From Candidatus Versatilivorator sp. (lineage in GTDB: Bacteria > Acidobacteriota > Terriglobia > Versatilivoradales > Versatilivoraceae), in the NCBI GenBank assembly GCA_965207735.1, contig OZ242296.1, forward strand, positions 2,688,001 through 2,752,000: 64,000 nt of DNA, in the 5' to 3' direction. Numbering within the stretch: the stretch's first letter is position 1; every line of letters begins with the position of its first letter. Made by a program: the position numbers and the translations under genes. Below the pieces are notes generated by a model. That model did no database searches, was not told the origin of the DNA, and saw nothing but the letters and a program-made list of their open reading frames with translations. This document shows positions 49,033 through 58,626 of the stretch, piece after piece.

Positions 49033-50544
49033 TCAGAACCCCTTTTCCCTGGCGAAACCGATCGCCTGCAGGATGTCGAGTCGCCCGAACCCAAAACGGT
49101 GATCCTGTCCGGTTTCTCCCAGCTCTTCAACCGATCCGGTAAGCAGGTCCTGAATCAGAAAGGCACGGTTGGTGGGCGCCACACGTTTCTTGATGGAAGT
49201 GGCGCTCAGCAGCAACGCCATGGCGCCGGCAACATGAGGGGTCGCCATGGAGGTTCCGTTGAAGGCGGCCCACTTGCCACCCGGCACCGAAGAGAAGACC
49301 GCCACCCCTGGAGCCGAGATCTCCGGCTTGGAATAGACAAGAGGCAGATTCTCCGGGGAAACGAAGTTGGACTCCCGAATGACATGGGTTCGACCTCCGC
49401 TGAAAGCGGCCGCGCAGTCTCGATAGTCGGTCGCCCCCACGGAAAACGAAAGCAGATCGTTGCCGGGTGACCCGGTGATCTGCTGGCCGTCGTTGCCGAT
49501 GGCGGTCACCACGGGGATTCCGGCCCTCAGCGACGTCAGAATCGCCTCGGTATAGGTGCTCGGGACCTCGGGGCCCAACGTCAGTCCGCCCAATGACATG
49601 TTCAACACGTCCACCCCGCGCTCGACGGCCCAGTCGATCGCGGCCAGCACCTGAGCGTCCGTCCCCCCCTTGGCTCCGTCCAAGGCAATCGCAACCGCCA
49701 ACCTGGCGTCCGGGGCCATGCCGATCCAGCGGCCGCTGGCCTTCCCTCCGGCAATGGTGCCGGCCACGTGAGTCCCATGCTGACCCGTGTCGTGCGGCTG
49801 TGAATCGGGGACCTCCTCTCCATTGGAATCGAATTCCGCCCAGTCGGCCACCTTGCCCTTCAGGTCGGGGTGGCTGGCGTCCACACCGGTGTCCAGAACT
49901 CCCACCTTGACTCCTTTTCCACCGGCTCCGTAAGCCCCGCGGGCGGCCAGGGCCCCAACCGCATGGATCCCCCAGGCGCTGGCCTTGTTCTCGACCGCCC
50001 TTGAAGGAAGCATCTTCAATTCCACCAGGCGGGGGACGTGCAGCACACGGTTCGGGTAGATATCTCCGATCAGCGGCTCCTCCACCCATTGATTCAACTT
50101 TGCCAGGTCATCCCTGGTCGCTTGCAGGACCACGCATCTCGACGTCCAGAAAGACCTGGTGCCGTGGGCTTCCCGACCGAGCTTGAGCAAGCCCGAGTAA
50201 AGAGGTCTCAATGATCTCAGCCCCCTGGACCGAAGAACCCGCTTGCTCACCTGCCGGATGGCCGTGGCAGCTACCTGGGCGGCCAGACCGCCTTCTTCCC
50301 TGAGTGCTTCCCTGGCTCGATCGGAAGGGATCCCTCGATCCGGTCCGGCCATCAGGTCCAGGTGGGCCGGCAAGATGTCCCGAGCCGTCAGCAGGAGCGT
50401 ACGCCGCTGAATGGCGCCGGCAATCACCCCCAGGAGCGTCTCCTCATCCCTTTCCGGGAGCTTCATTCGCACAATGACACTGCGGCGGCTCCCGGACCCC
50501 TCGTCCAGAATCCTTTCCACCTGTCTGGCAAGTCGACGGGTCAT
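49033..50544 (-). CDS. S8 family serine peptidase (subtilase), no signal peptide (start 50544 or 50673)
   Basis: VGVLDTG, HGTHVAG, NMSLG, AIGN, GTSMATPHVAG. Confidence 0.93.
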   Translation of the reverse strand: MTRRLARQVERILDEGSGSRRSVIVRMKLPERDEETLLGVIAGAIQRRTLLLTARDILPAHLDLMAGPDRGIPSDRAREALREEGGLAAQVAATAIRQVSKRVLRSRGLRSLRPLYSGLLKLGREAHGTRSFWTSRCVVLQATRDDLAKLNQWVEEPLIGDIYPNRVLHVPRLVELKMLPSRAVENKASAWGIHAVGALAARGAYGAGGKGVKVGVLDTGVDASHPDLKGKVADWAEFDSNGEEVPDSQPHDTGQHGTHVAGTIAGGKASGRWIGMAPDARLAVAIALDGAKGGTDAQVLAAIDWAVERGVDVLNMSLGGLTLGPEVPSTYTEAILTSLRAGIPVVTAIGNDGQQITGSPGNDLLSFSVGATDYRDCAAAFSGGRTHVIRESNFVSPENLPLVYSKPEISAPGVAVFSSVPGGKWAAFNGTSMATPHVAGAMALLLSATSIKKRVAPTNRAFLIQDLLTGSVEELGETGQDHRFGFGRLDILQAIGFAREKGF

Positions 50545-50676
50545 TTTCCGATTTCCCCCAAGAGTCTTTGCCAAGGCGGCAGCCGGCGAGCCGTTGGCCG
50601 AAACACTTCCGGCCGAGCCCCTCGGAACGGCCGGTTGCCGAACTTGCGGACCTTCAACCCGGTAGGCCGCCAACGC

Positions 50677-53574
50677 TCAGAACTCGAACCGGACTCCCAG
50701 CTTCATCACGATGGGATCGAGGGCGGCAATGATGCGCTCGCGGTCGCCGGTCCTCAGCGAGAAGTTCGTCACCGCGTTGGCGTTGAAGAGGTTGTAGACG
50801 TCCAGCAACAGGGTGAGCCGGCGGTCCGCGCCGACGGAGAACCCCTTGTCCAGACGGAAGTCCATGATCGTCACGTTTTCGGAACGGTTCTCCGACAGAT
50901 CGCTGAGAAAGATCGGCTGGTTGGTGCCGGTGCCCGGGATGTCCACACGCTGGATCAGGGCATAGGGCCAGCCGCTCTGGTGCCGGAGATTGGCGGACAG
51001 GCCCAATTCGTGCGGCAGCGTGTAGCGGGCCAGCAGACGGCCGCCCCAGTTGGTGGTCGCCTGCCGGGCGCCCACCTCGAGGCTGTGGTTCTGCCAGATG
51101 CGCCCATGCCCGCCGGAACCGACTACCAGCGGGTCGGCGAAGAGCGGGCTCCGGTCTTCGCCGGCCGCCGCCCGGAACTCGTCCCGCCACTGGTAGTCGA
51201 AGCTGGCCTGCAGCAGAAAGCCACCCTTGAAGCGCCGGTTCACCGCTAGCTGGAACGTGTCGTAGGCGGCGTCCATTCCCGGGAAAGCGGCAACCCGGTT
51301 GTCCACCGTCCCCGCCATTTCGTCCGGGACGCGCTGGACGTTCAGTGGGTCGCCGGTGAGGAAGTTCGCCGGGCAATCCCAGTCGGGGTCGGCGCCACAG
51401 GAGATACCGCGCCCCGCCAGAAGCGCCGATTGCTGGGGCAGGTTCCAGATGCCGCTGTCGCCGCTCCGGTCCTTGCGCACGTAGGAAACTCGAACGGCTG
51501 TGTCCGCCACCAGTTCGTGCTCCAGCGAAACGTTGATTTCGTCGACGAATTCCGGCGGCAGGTCCGGATCGACGGGCGTCCCCCCGCTGCCGAGATCCAC
51601 ACCGGTGGCGCCCTGCTCGTCCAGCTTGGCGCCCAGCTCGTTCGGGCCATCGTAGATCCCGTTGCCGTTCGGGTCGAGGAACGCATACCGGATCCAGGCG
51701 GTGCTGGCCGGATTGGCGTCCTCGTGGGCGTCGGCCAGGTTGAGGTAGTAACGGCCATAGTGCCCCCTCAGCACCGTGCGCGACGCCAGCGAGAACGCCA
51801 CACCCAGCCGCGGCGCCCAGGTGTTCCAGACGGTGTTGGTCCGACCCCTGGCAGTCCCGCCGGGAAAGAAGTCGTCGAGGAAGGGCGTGGAGACCGCGTC
51901 CAGGAAGTAGGTGCGCTGCTGCTCATAGCGTACGCCCAGATTCAGCGACAACCAGTCCACCGGTTGCCAGGTGTCCTGGACGAACACGGCATGGTGCCGG
52001 TTCCGGTTGTCGGAGGCGATCTCCCCCGCGGCCGGCATGTTGAAGAGCATGATCCGATCCACGTGGAACGGCCGGTGGTTGGCGCTGTCGTCGAGGAAGC
52101 GGATGTGTCCGGAATTGGCGTTCGAGCCGAAGCGGCTGCTGTCGATCTGGAACTCGTAGCCCAGCTTGAAGTCGTGGCTGCCGCCGAAGTCGGGCACGTA
52201 GTGGTGGGCGGCCGCGGTGGCCTGCGGCTTCCAGCGAACGAAGGTGAACGGCGGCGGCCCGTTGAGGCCGGGAAACCAGCCGGCGCCGCTCAGGCGGCTG
52301 GTGGAGGTGTCGAGGCGCGGTGGCTGCTGTCCCGGATCCACCTGCGGCACCATGGGCCAACTGAACCCGAAATGCTTGGCGGCCACGATCATGAAGGTAC
52401 GGTCGTTCCACACCCGCTGCCACTCCGCCTTGTGGGCCCAGCTCCAACTGGCCTGGGCCAGCACCGAGTCGGGACCCACGTCGGTGGACAGCCCCCGTTT
52501 GGGCTTCTCCTTCAGACCCCAGTTGGTGTACCCGATCAAGCGGTCCCGGTCGGTCAGCCGAACCGTCACCTTGCCCCCAAGCTGATCGAAATCGCCCAGG
52601 TCGGTGGCCACGGCGCGATCGACGCCCGAGACCGCCTTGTCGATGCGGAAGTGGTTGTAGAAGCCGTAGAACCAGGCGCGGTCGCGCACGATGGGCCCGC
52701 CGATGTCGGCGTGGGTTTCGAAGAAGAGCAGGTTCGGGTTGCCGGTGTAGCCGCGCGCCTCCAGGTCGGCATCCGTGTTGTCGCCGACGAAATTCTCGTG
52801 CTCGTAATCGGCGTGCAGCATCCCCCTGAAGTCGTCGCCTCCGCTCTTCATGGTCATCATGACCAGTGACCCGGGCGCGGTCATCTCCACGTCGGCGCCG
52901 GCCGCCGTGGTGGTGAACTCTTCCACGGAATAGTAGTCGAAGTAGAATCCGGTGCCTTCATCGCTCTCGGTGGTGTCGACGCCGTCGGCCAGGATCCGGT
53001 TCTGGCCGCGGATGCCGAAGCTTTCGTAGCCGGTCTGCTGGCTCTTGTGGGAGCCTCCGACATCGAAGCCGCGCATCCGGACACCGGCCGTCTGCCCCAA
53101 TACCGCCCAGACATCGGTGGCGGAAGGCACCTCCTGCAACTCGGCCACGCCGAAGTCGTTCACCAGCGCCGTCCTTTTCATGTCCAGCACCGGCGCGTCG
53201 CCCGTCACCGTGATCGTCTCGGCCAGGGCTGCCACCTCCAGCGCCGCGTCGATCCGGATGGAGCGGCTCCCTTCCACGATCACCCCTTTTCGAATCAGAG
53301 TCCGGAACCCGGCGCGCTCGAAGGTCAGGTCGTATGACCCGCGCCCGAGGGCCCGGAAGCGGTAGGAGCCGTCGGCCAAGGTCACGGCCAGCAGAGGCGC
53401 AATCAGCACATCGCCTTCAAGCGTCACCGTCACGCCGGGCACCGCCAGGCCCTGATCGTCGGTCGCCGAGCCACCGATTTCCCCGGCCGTCTGCGCCCCC
53501 AACGACCCGCCGGCCAGTAACATCAGCAACAAGACCGCCCACTGTCCGCCCCGATTCATCCGCACTTTCTCCAT
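50677..53574 (-). CDS. TonB-dependent receptor with carboxypeptidase-regulatory-like N-terminus
   Basis: Signal peptide, ETITVT, KSG.D.F.G, GGPIVRDR.WF, QDTW, APRLG, C-terminal GVRFEF. Confidence 0.9.
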   Translation of the reverse strand: MEKVRMNRGGQWAVLLLMLLAGGSLGAQTAGEIGGSATDDQGLAVPGVTVTLEGDVLIAPLLAVTLADGSYRFRALGRGSYDLTFERAGFRTLIRKGVIVEGSRSIRIDAALEVAALAETITVTGDAPVLDMKRTALVNDFGVAELQEVPSATDVWAVLGQTAGVRMRGFDVGGSHKSQQTGYESFGIRGQNRILADGVDTTESDEGTGFYFDYYSVEEFTTTAAGADVEMTAPGSLVMMTMKSGGDDFRGMLHADYEHENFVGDNTDADLEARGYTGNPNLLFFETHADIGGPIVRDRAWFYGFYNHFRIDKAVSGVDRAVATDLGDFDQLGGKVTVRLTDRDRLIGYTNWGLKEKPKRGLSTDVGPDSVLAQASWSWAHKAEWQRVWNDRTFMIVAAKHFGFSWPMVPQVDPGQQPPRLDTSTSRLSGAGWFPGLNGPPPFTFVRWKPQATAAAHHYVPDFGGSHDFKLGYEFQIDSSRFGSNANSGHIRFLDDSANHRPFHVDRIMLFNMPAAGEIASDNRNRHHAVFVQDTWQPVDWLSLNLGVRYEQQRTYFLDAVSTPFLDDFFPGGTARGRTNTVWNTWAPRLGVAFSLASRTVLRGHYGRYYLNLADAHEDANPASTAWIRYAFLDPNGNGIYDGPNELGAKLDEQGATGVDLGSGGTPVDPDLPPEFVDEINVSLEHELVADTAVRVSYVRKDRSGDSGIWNLPQQSALLAGRGISCGADPDWDCPANFLTGDPLNVQRVPDEMAGTVDNRVAAFPGMDAAYDTFQLAVNRRFKGGFLLQASFDYQWRDEFRAAAGEDRSPLFADPLVVGSGGHGRIWQNHSLEVGARQATTNWGGRLLARYTLPHELGLSANLRHQSGWPYALIQRVDIPGTGTNQPIFLSDLSENRSENVTIMDFRLDKGFSVGADRRLTLLLDVYNLFNANAVTNFSLRTGDRERIIAALDPIVMKLGVRFEF

Positions 53575-53887
53575 TGGGCAAGTGTCCCGTAGCCCTTATC
53601 ACCTAGCGGTAAGTCTACCGTCATGGTACCTGTCGACGGACACCTTACCAAGCCCTCTGTTCTCTTTGCAACCCGTCAGACGGCCGCGGAGAAGATGCTC
53701 AGCCCCAACCCGCAATTGCCACCGGGTCGCTGGGCGGTTCATGAAAGCCGGTTGATTTTCGGCTTCTTATTGACGTTGTTTCCGGGGCCGGATCTCGAAA
53801 TTTGTGGCTTGAACCGGTCTGACCAGTTCCCGCAGTGGGTCCATTAGGGTGTACAATAGGGGGAAGTTCGAGTGTCGGGAGGAACGC

Positions 53888-55447
53888 ATGAAAATCAAGC
53901 TCGCGGTGCTGGTGGCCTGCCTTGTAATCGCCCAGCCGGTGTTTGGGGAGGCGGACTGCGAGAAGTGGAATACCAAAGAGTATTTCCAGAGGGCGACGGT
54001 CGATGACGTGAACGGCTGTCTCGCCGCCGGGGCCAACCTGCGAGCGCGCGACGAGGCAAAATTCACGCCCCTGCATCAAGCCTCCGCCCACACCGAGCAT
54101 CCGGGGGTGATCGAGACCCTGCTCAAGGCCGGCGCCGACCTGATGGCCCGGGACCAGTGGCAGTACACGCCCCTGCACCGGGCGGCCGCAGACAACCGGA
54201 ATCCGAAGATCGTGGAAGCCCTGCTGCAAGCCGGCGCCGAAGTGGAAGCCCGGGACCGGTGGCAATACACGCCCCTGCATCGGGGAGCTGCCAACAACGA
54301 AAATCCGGAGGTGGTGAAAATCCTGCTCAAGGCCGGCGCCGATCTGGAGGCACGGAACCAGTGGAACTATACCCCCCTGCACCGGGCGGCCGCGCGTAAC
54401 GGCAATGCGATCGTGGTCAAGACCCTGATCGCCGCCGGGGCCGACCTGATGGCGCGGAGCAAGGATGAATACACCCCCCTGCATCGAGCGGCCACGTCCA
54501 ACTGGAACGCGGAGGTGGTCGAAGCCCTGATCCAGGCCAAGGTCGACCTGGAGGCCCGGGACAAGATCAACTTCACGCCCCTGCACCGGGCGGCCGCCAA
54601 CAACGAAAATCCGGAGGTCGTCCGGGCCCTCATTCGGGCCGGCGCCAGACTGGAAGCGCGCAGCAAGTGGAACTTCACGCCTCTGTTTGCCGCGGCCGCC
54701 CGCAACGGCAACGCGGAGGTCATCCAGGTTCTGCTCAAGGCAGGAGCCAATCCGAAGTCCCTAAGCGAAGACAAGAACACACCCCTGCATCGGGCAGCCG
54801 AGAACAACGACAATCCGAAAGTCGTGCAGGCTCTCATCCAGGCCGGCGCCAGCCCGGACGCACGCAACAAGTGGCAATTCACGCCCCTGCACCGTGCAGC
54901 CGCCAACAACCCCAATCCGGACGTCATCGAGGCCCTCGTCCAGGGTGGATCCGACCTGGAGGCCCGGGACAAGTGGAACTTCACGCCCCTGTTTGCCGCG
55001 GCCGCCCGTAATGGCAACCCGGAGGTCGTCCGGGCCCTCATCCAGGCCGGCGCCAGCCTGGACGTCCGGGACAAGTGGCAGTACACACCTCTGCACCGGG
55101 CGGCGGAGAACAACCTCAATCCGGATGTGGTCAAGGCCCTCATCCAGGGCGGAGCCAACCTGGAGGTTCGGGACAAGTGGGAGTACACGCCGTTGCATCG
55201 GGCGGCGGAGAAGAACGACAATCCGGAGGTTGCCAAGGCTCTGGTTCAGGCCGGCGCCAGCCTGGAGGCGCGGAACCAGTGGAACTACACCCCCTTGCAA
55301 CGAGCAGCCGCCGAGAACCCGAATCCAGCCGTGCTCGAAACCCTGATCCAGGAAGGCAGGCGGAGGCTCGGCGCCCCCGAGCGGGCGGGAAGAAACCTCG
55401 GCTCGACCGAGGCGGAAGAGTCGTCAGCGGATCAGCCGGCCCAGTAA
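53888..55447 (+). CDS. Secreted ankyrin repeat protein, 13 repeats of 34 aa
   Basis: MKIK-hydrophobic signal peptide; repeat consensus LEARDKWxYTPLHRAAxxNxNPEVVxALIQAGA. Confidence 0.93.
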   Translation: MKIKLAVLVACLVIAQPVFGEADCEKWNTKEYFQRATVDDVNGCLAAGANLRARDEAKFTPLHQASAHTEHPGVIETLLKAGADLMARDQWQYTPLHRAAADNRNPKIVEALLQAGAEVEARDRWQYTPLHRGAANNENPEVVKILLKAGADLEARNQWNYTPLHRAAARNGNAIVVKTLIAAGADLMARSKDEYTPLHRAATSNWNAEVVEALIQAKVDLEARDKINFTPLHRAAANNENPEVVRALIRAGARLEARSKWNFTPLFAAAARNGNAEVIQVLLKAGANPKSLSEDKNTPLHRAAENNDNPKVVQALIQAGASPDARNKWQFTPLHRAAANNPNPDVIEALVQGGSDLEARDKWNFTPLFAAAARNGNPEVVRALIQAGASLDVRDKWQYTPLHRAAENNLNPDVVKALIQGGANLEVRDKWEYTPLHRAAEKNDNPEVAKALVQAGASLEARNQWNYTPLQRAAAENPNPAVLETLIQEGRRRLGAPERAGRNLGSTEAEESSADQPAQ

Positions 55448-55474
55448 CCTCCCTACCGCACCGCATCCCCTACC

Positions 55475-56025
55475 TGAACAAAAGAAAAAGAGTTATCCAC
55501 GAAGGGGCACGAAGGCGTTGAGGTTAACCGAGACGGGGTACCGAGTTCGCGAAGGGATGGTCGATTTCTGATTGTTTCACTCTTGTATGATCCGACCGGC
55601 AGGGCGGGGGCCGGGCTCGCGGACAAACGGGTGTTTTCCAGAAGGCGACCGTCGGCTTTCAGAGAATTCGCCCGCCGGATGCCCTCCATCGCACCATCGG
55701 GACGCCCGCGCTCCCGGGGGGGCATTCTCCCATGACGCCGTGACACCTACGTCACAATATTGCAGAAGCGCCCGGGCGCCGCTCGTCATTGACCGAGCTC
55801 CATCCCTATTCGTCCCCATTCGTGTTCATTGGTGGTTCGTCTTCATTGCCAAAACCAAAACGGCCGGCTGTTTATCCTGTCTATCCTGTGCATCCATGTT
55901 CAATTAGTAGAATACCGGTTTAGCAAGACATGGCCCTTATTCCCGATAGGACATGAAGATTCGTTAGTTTCACCCTCGTATGATCCGCCCGTCGTCGGGG
56001 GCAGGGGCCCGGTTTGCCTGAAACT
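55475..56025. repeat. Mosaic of intergenic repeat modules between convergent genes
   Basis: Segments match 3110-3325 (rc), 5217-5290, 46160-46290 (rc) and the GTTTCA...TGAAAC unit (55966-56025). Confidence 0.85.
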
Positions 56026-56083
56026 CGGGCAGCGTTTGCTTGCCTCAGGGTGACGCGGCTGTCTTGCGGGATTCGCCTGCAAC

Positions 56084-57331
56084 TCATCCAAGAGTCGTGC
56101 GCACTCGGCCACGGCCAAGCAGCCGGGACAACTCCGCCATAGCCGGGTGCCTGGTCGAGCCGGCAGAGGGCATATTCTCATACCGTTCCAGCAATTCCGA
56201 CTCCGAAAATTGCTGCGGCCAATCCAGGTTGACGGAGATGTTTCCATCATCCATGGCGATGGCTCTAAGCCCCAACAGGTCACCCAGATCCCGGCCCAGC
56301 GCGTTCGCGGGAAACTTGAGGCCCTCGTAGTGGACAAAGGCCTGAGTTGCCAATTCGGACACGCCGAGTGAACCGCCACCCAGCAAGATATCGAGAATTT
56401 GCAGTTGCCGTTCCGCAAGAACCCGTCGGCGGGGGCTACGCAGTCGTCCAAACAACGACCTGGCGAATTCCCGGAACAGCGTCCGCCGATGGTTGGCGAC
56501 GATGGCCGACGCGACCGCATTGCATCTCTCGGCGACCGCTGGCAGAGCAAACCGGAGGAAGAGCGTGAGGTCGTGTCCGTTCCTCCGGGATGCAGACAGC
56601 GCCGCCAGGTACTCCTCCTTGCGGTCATAGTAATAGTTGGACAAGCTGACCATCACCACATCATTGACTCCGGCCCGGCGCAGCATGAACGCCTCCAGCG
56701 CCCGGGCGGTACGCCCGTTGCCGTCGCCGAAGGGGTGCATGGCGCCGATATGGTAGTGGGCGGCCATGGCCTGGATAATGGGTTCGTGCCTTTGGAACTC
56801 CCCGGCAATGGCCGCCCCAAGATCGTCGAAGGCGGCGCGGCAACCACGACCGCCTTCAACCCCTCGGCAGCGCGGCGTCCCGAAGGTTACGTTCCACCCG
56901 TCAGGACGCAGGCCGCCGGGTTGGCACCGGTCATCATCGCAGCCGGTCACGATGCGCCGGTGAATGTTCAGGATGAACTCGGAGGTCACCGGCTGCTCAG
57001 GCGGTTGCGAGCGCAGCCAGCGGTAGGTGGCGTCAGCGGACCGCAACTGTCTCTGGGAACGGGTGAAATCGGAATGCGCGGGAGCATCGGGAGCCAGAGC
57101 CTCTTCCTGTTCGCGCTGGGTGAACTCGGCGCCTTCAATGCGCGAAGTGCCGGCTGCCTCCAAGCGCAACTGCTCCTCGTGGACCTGCTCGATCCATTGA
57201 GGCAGGTACGGCATCCGATTCAGAACGCCGGCGGCGGTTTTGGCCTGGACCAGCAGGTCCAATAGCGCTGCGGCATCGTAGCGAATCCACTGCCGCGGGA
57301 CGGCATAGCGGCTGACACTTTCAGGGGTCAT
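56084..57331 (-). CDS. Fic family protein with N-terminal inhibitory motif (class II-like)
   Basis: HPFGDGNGRTAR active motif; TSRIEG matches (S/T)xxxE(G/N)-type helix; probable C-terminal wHTH. Confidence 0.9.
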   Translation of the reverse strand: MTPESVSRYAVPRQWIRYDAAALLDLLVQAKTAAGVLNRMPYLPQWIEQVHEEQLRLEAAGTSRIEGAEFTQREQEEALAPDAPAHSDFTRSQRQLRSADATYRWLRSQPPEQPVTSEFILNIHRRIVTGCDDDRCQPGGLRPDGWNVTFGTPRCRGVEGGRGCRAAFDDLGAAIAGEFQRHEPIIQAMAAHYHIGAMHPFGDGNGRTARALEAFMLRRAGVNDVVMVSLSNYYYDRKEEYLAALSASRRNGHDLTLFLRFALPAVAERCNAVASAIVANHRRTLFREFARSLFGRLRSPRRRVLAERQLQILDILLGGGSLGVSELATQAFVHYEGLKFPANALGRDLGDLLGLRAIAMDDGNISVNLDWPQQFSESELLERYENMPSAGSTRHPAMAELSRLLGRGRVRTTLG

Positions 57332-57629
57332 TTTCGGCTCATTGTTGGGTATTTTTCAGTTCATTTTACATTAATTTCTCTTTATGTCATTGTTTTGTAG
57401 ATGTTTAAGTGACTACATTATACCTTCAGTGTTATTTTATTTTCAGTTCATTTCGAGACCATTACACTTTCGTTCCACGGATCGATCCCGCGCGGCAGGC
57501 AAAACAGCGACGCAAACCCGCGTTGGAATTGGGAAGTGAGAAGCTTGAGGTCCGGCGTCACGCCGCGTGATGCCGAAGGGAGTTGAGAACCAGCCAACCG
57601 CGAGTCCCGCGCCCTTGAGAGTCGACCCC

Positions 57630-58571
57630 TCAATCGGGCCCGCAGTTCGTCAGCCAGTGGCGGTACTTGGGCAACTCCCCCCGGGTGGCTTGCAGGTAGG
57701 TATTGCGAACGGCCAGGGTCATCTCGCCGGCCTTCCCCTTGCCCAGAGAAAAGCGATCAATCGACAGGATGGGGGCCACCTCCAGGCCGCTGCCGCAGAC
57801 GAAGGCTTCGTCGGCCACGTAGAACTCGGTGCGGTCGACTTCCCGTTCGATCACCTCCACCCCGTGCACCTCTCGAAACAACTGCATCAGGGTGGCCCGG
57901 GTGATGCTCTCAAGGATGTCGCTGGTGACGGTCGGCGTCACCACCTGCCCCCCACGGCAGAGGAAGACGCATCCCCTGGGCTCCTCGGCCACCTTGCCGG
58001 CCGCGTTGAGCAGCAGGGCGCTGTCATATCCGTCCAGGCGGGCTTGCAGCAACGAGAGGCGGGCGTTCTGGTAGTTGGCCGCGCACTTGACTCTCGGAGG
58101 AATGGAGATGTCGGAAATCCGCTGCCAGGAGCTGATGCAGGCGTGGATTCCCAACTCCTTTCCCTCGAACCATCCCCCCTTGGGGGTCACGATGACGGCG
58201 TGGCTGACCGGACCGGTCCCGAAGGCCTCGCCCGGCCCGTCCACATAGACCATTTGCCGAATGTGGGAGGTGGCCCGGATCCGGTTGGACCGCAGCGCAC
58301 GCACCACGGCGGCGCTGTAGTCGGCGGCGGTCAAGGCCGTTTCCATCCGCATGACCCGGACCGATTGCTCCAGGCGCCTGGAGTGGTCATCCAGCCGGAA
58401 GACGTTCAGTTGCCGGGTCTGCTCGTTCCAATAGGCGCGCAGTCCTTCAAAGACCATGGCCCCATACTTGAAGGCCACGGTGTCCAGAGGAATCACCGCT
58501 GCGCTTTTCTCCACCAGTCGGTCGTTCAGCAGCACCTTGGGGTTGGAAGATTGGTCCATTGAAGGATGCAT
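57630..58571 (-). CDS. ilvE: Branched-chain amino acid aminotransferase-like (class IV PLP enzyme)
   Basis: YG..VFEGLRAY, FRL.DH..RL, K...NY, L.SITR, ADEAF.CG. Confidence 0.8.
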   Translation of the reverse strand: MHPSMDQSSNPKVLLNDRLVEKSAAVIPLDTVAFKYGAMVFEGLRAYWNEQTRQLNVFRLDDHSRRLEQSVRVMRMETALTAADYSAAVVRALRSNRIRATSHIRQMVYVDGPGEAFGTGPVSHAVIVTPKGGWFEGKELGIHACISSWQRISDISIPPRVKCAANYQNARLSLLQARLDGYDSALLLNAAGKVAEEPRGCVFLCRGGQVVTPTVTSDILESITRATLMQLFREVHGVEVIEREVDRTEFYVADEAFVCGSGLEVAPILSIDRFSLGKGKAGEMTLAVRNTYLQATRGELPKYRHWLTNCGPD

Positions 58572-58626
58572 TGGGAATTGCCGATCCTTGGGCGGCGGGC
58601 GGAGCCGCCCGTGCCCTCCGGCGCCT

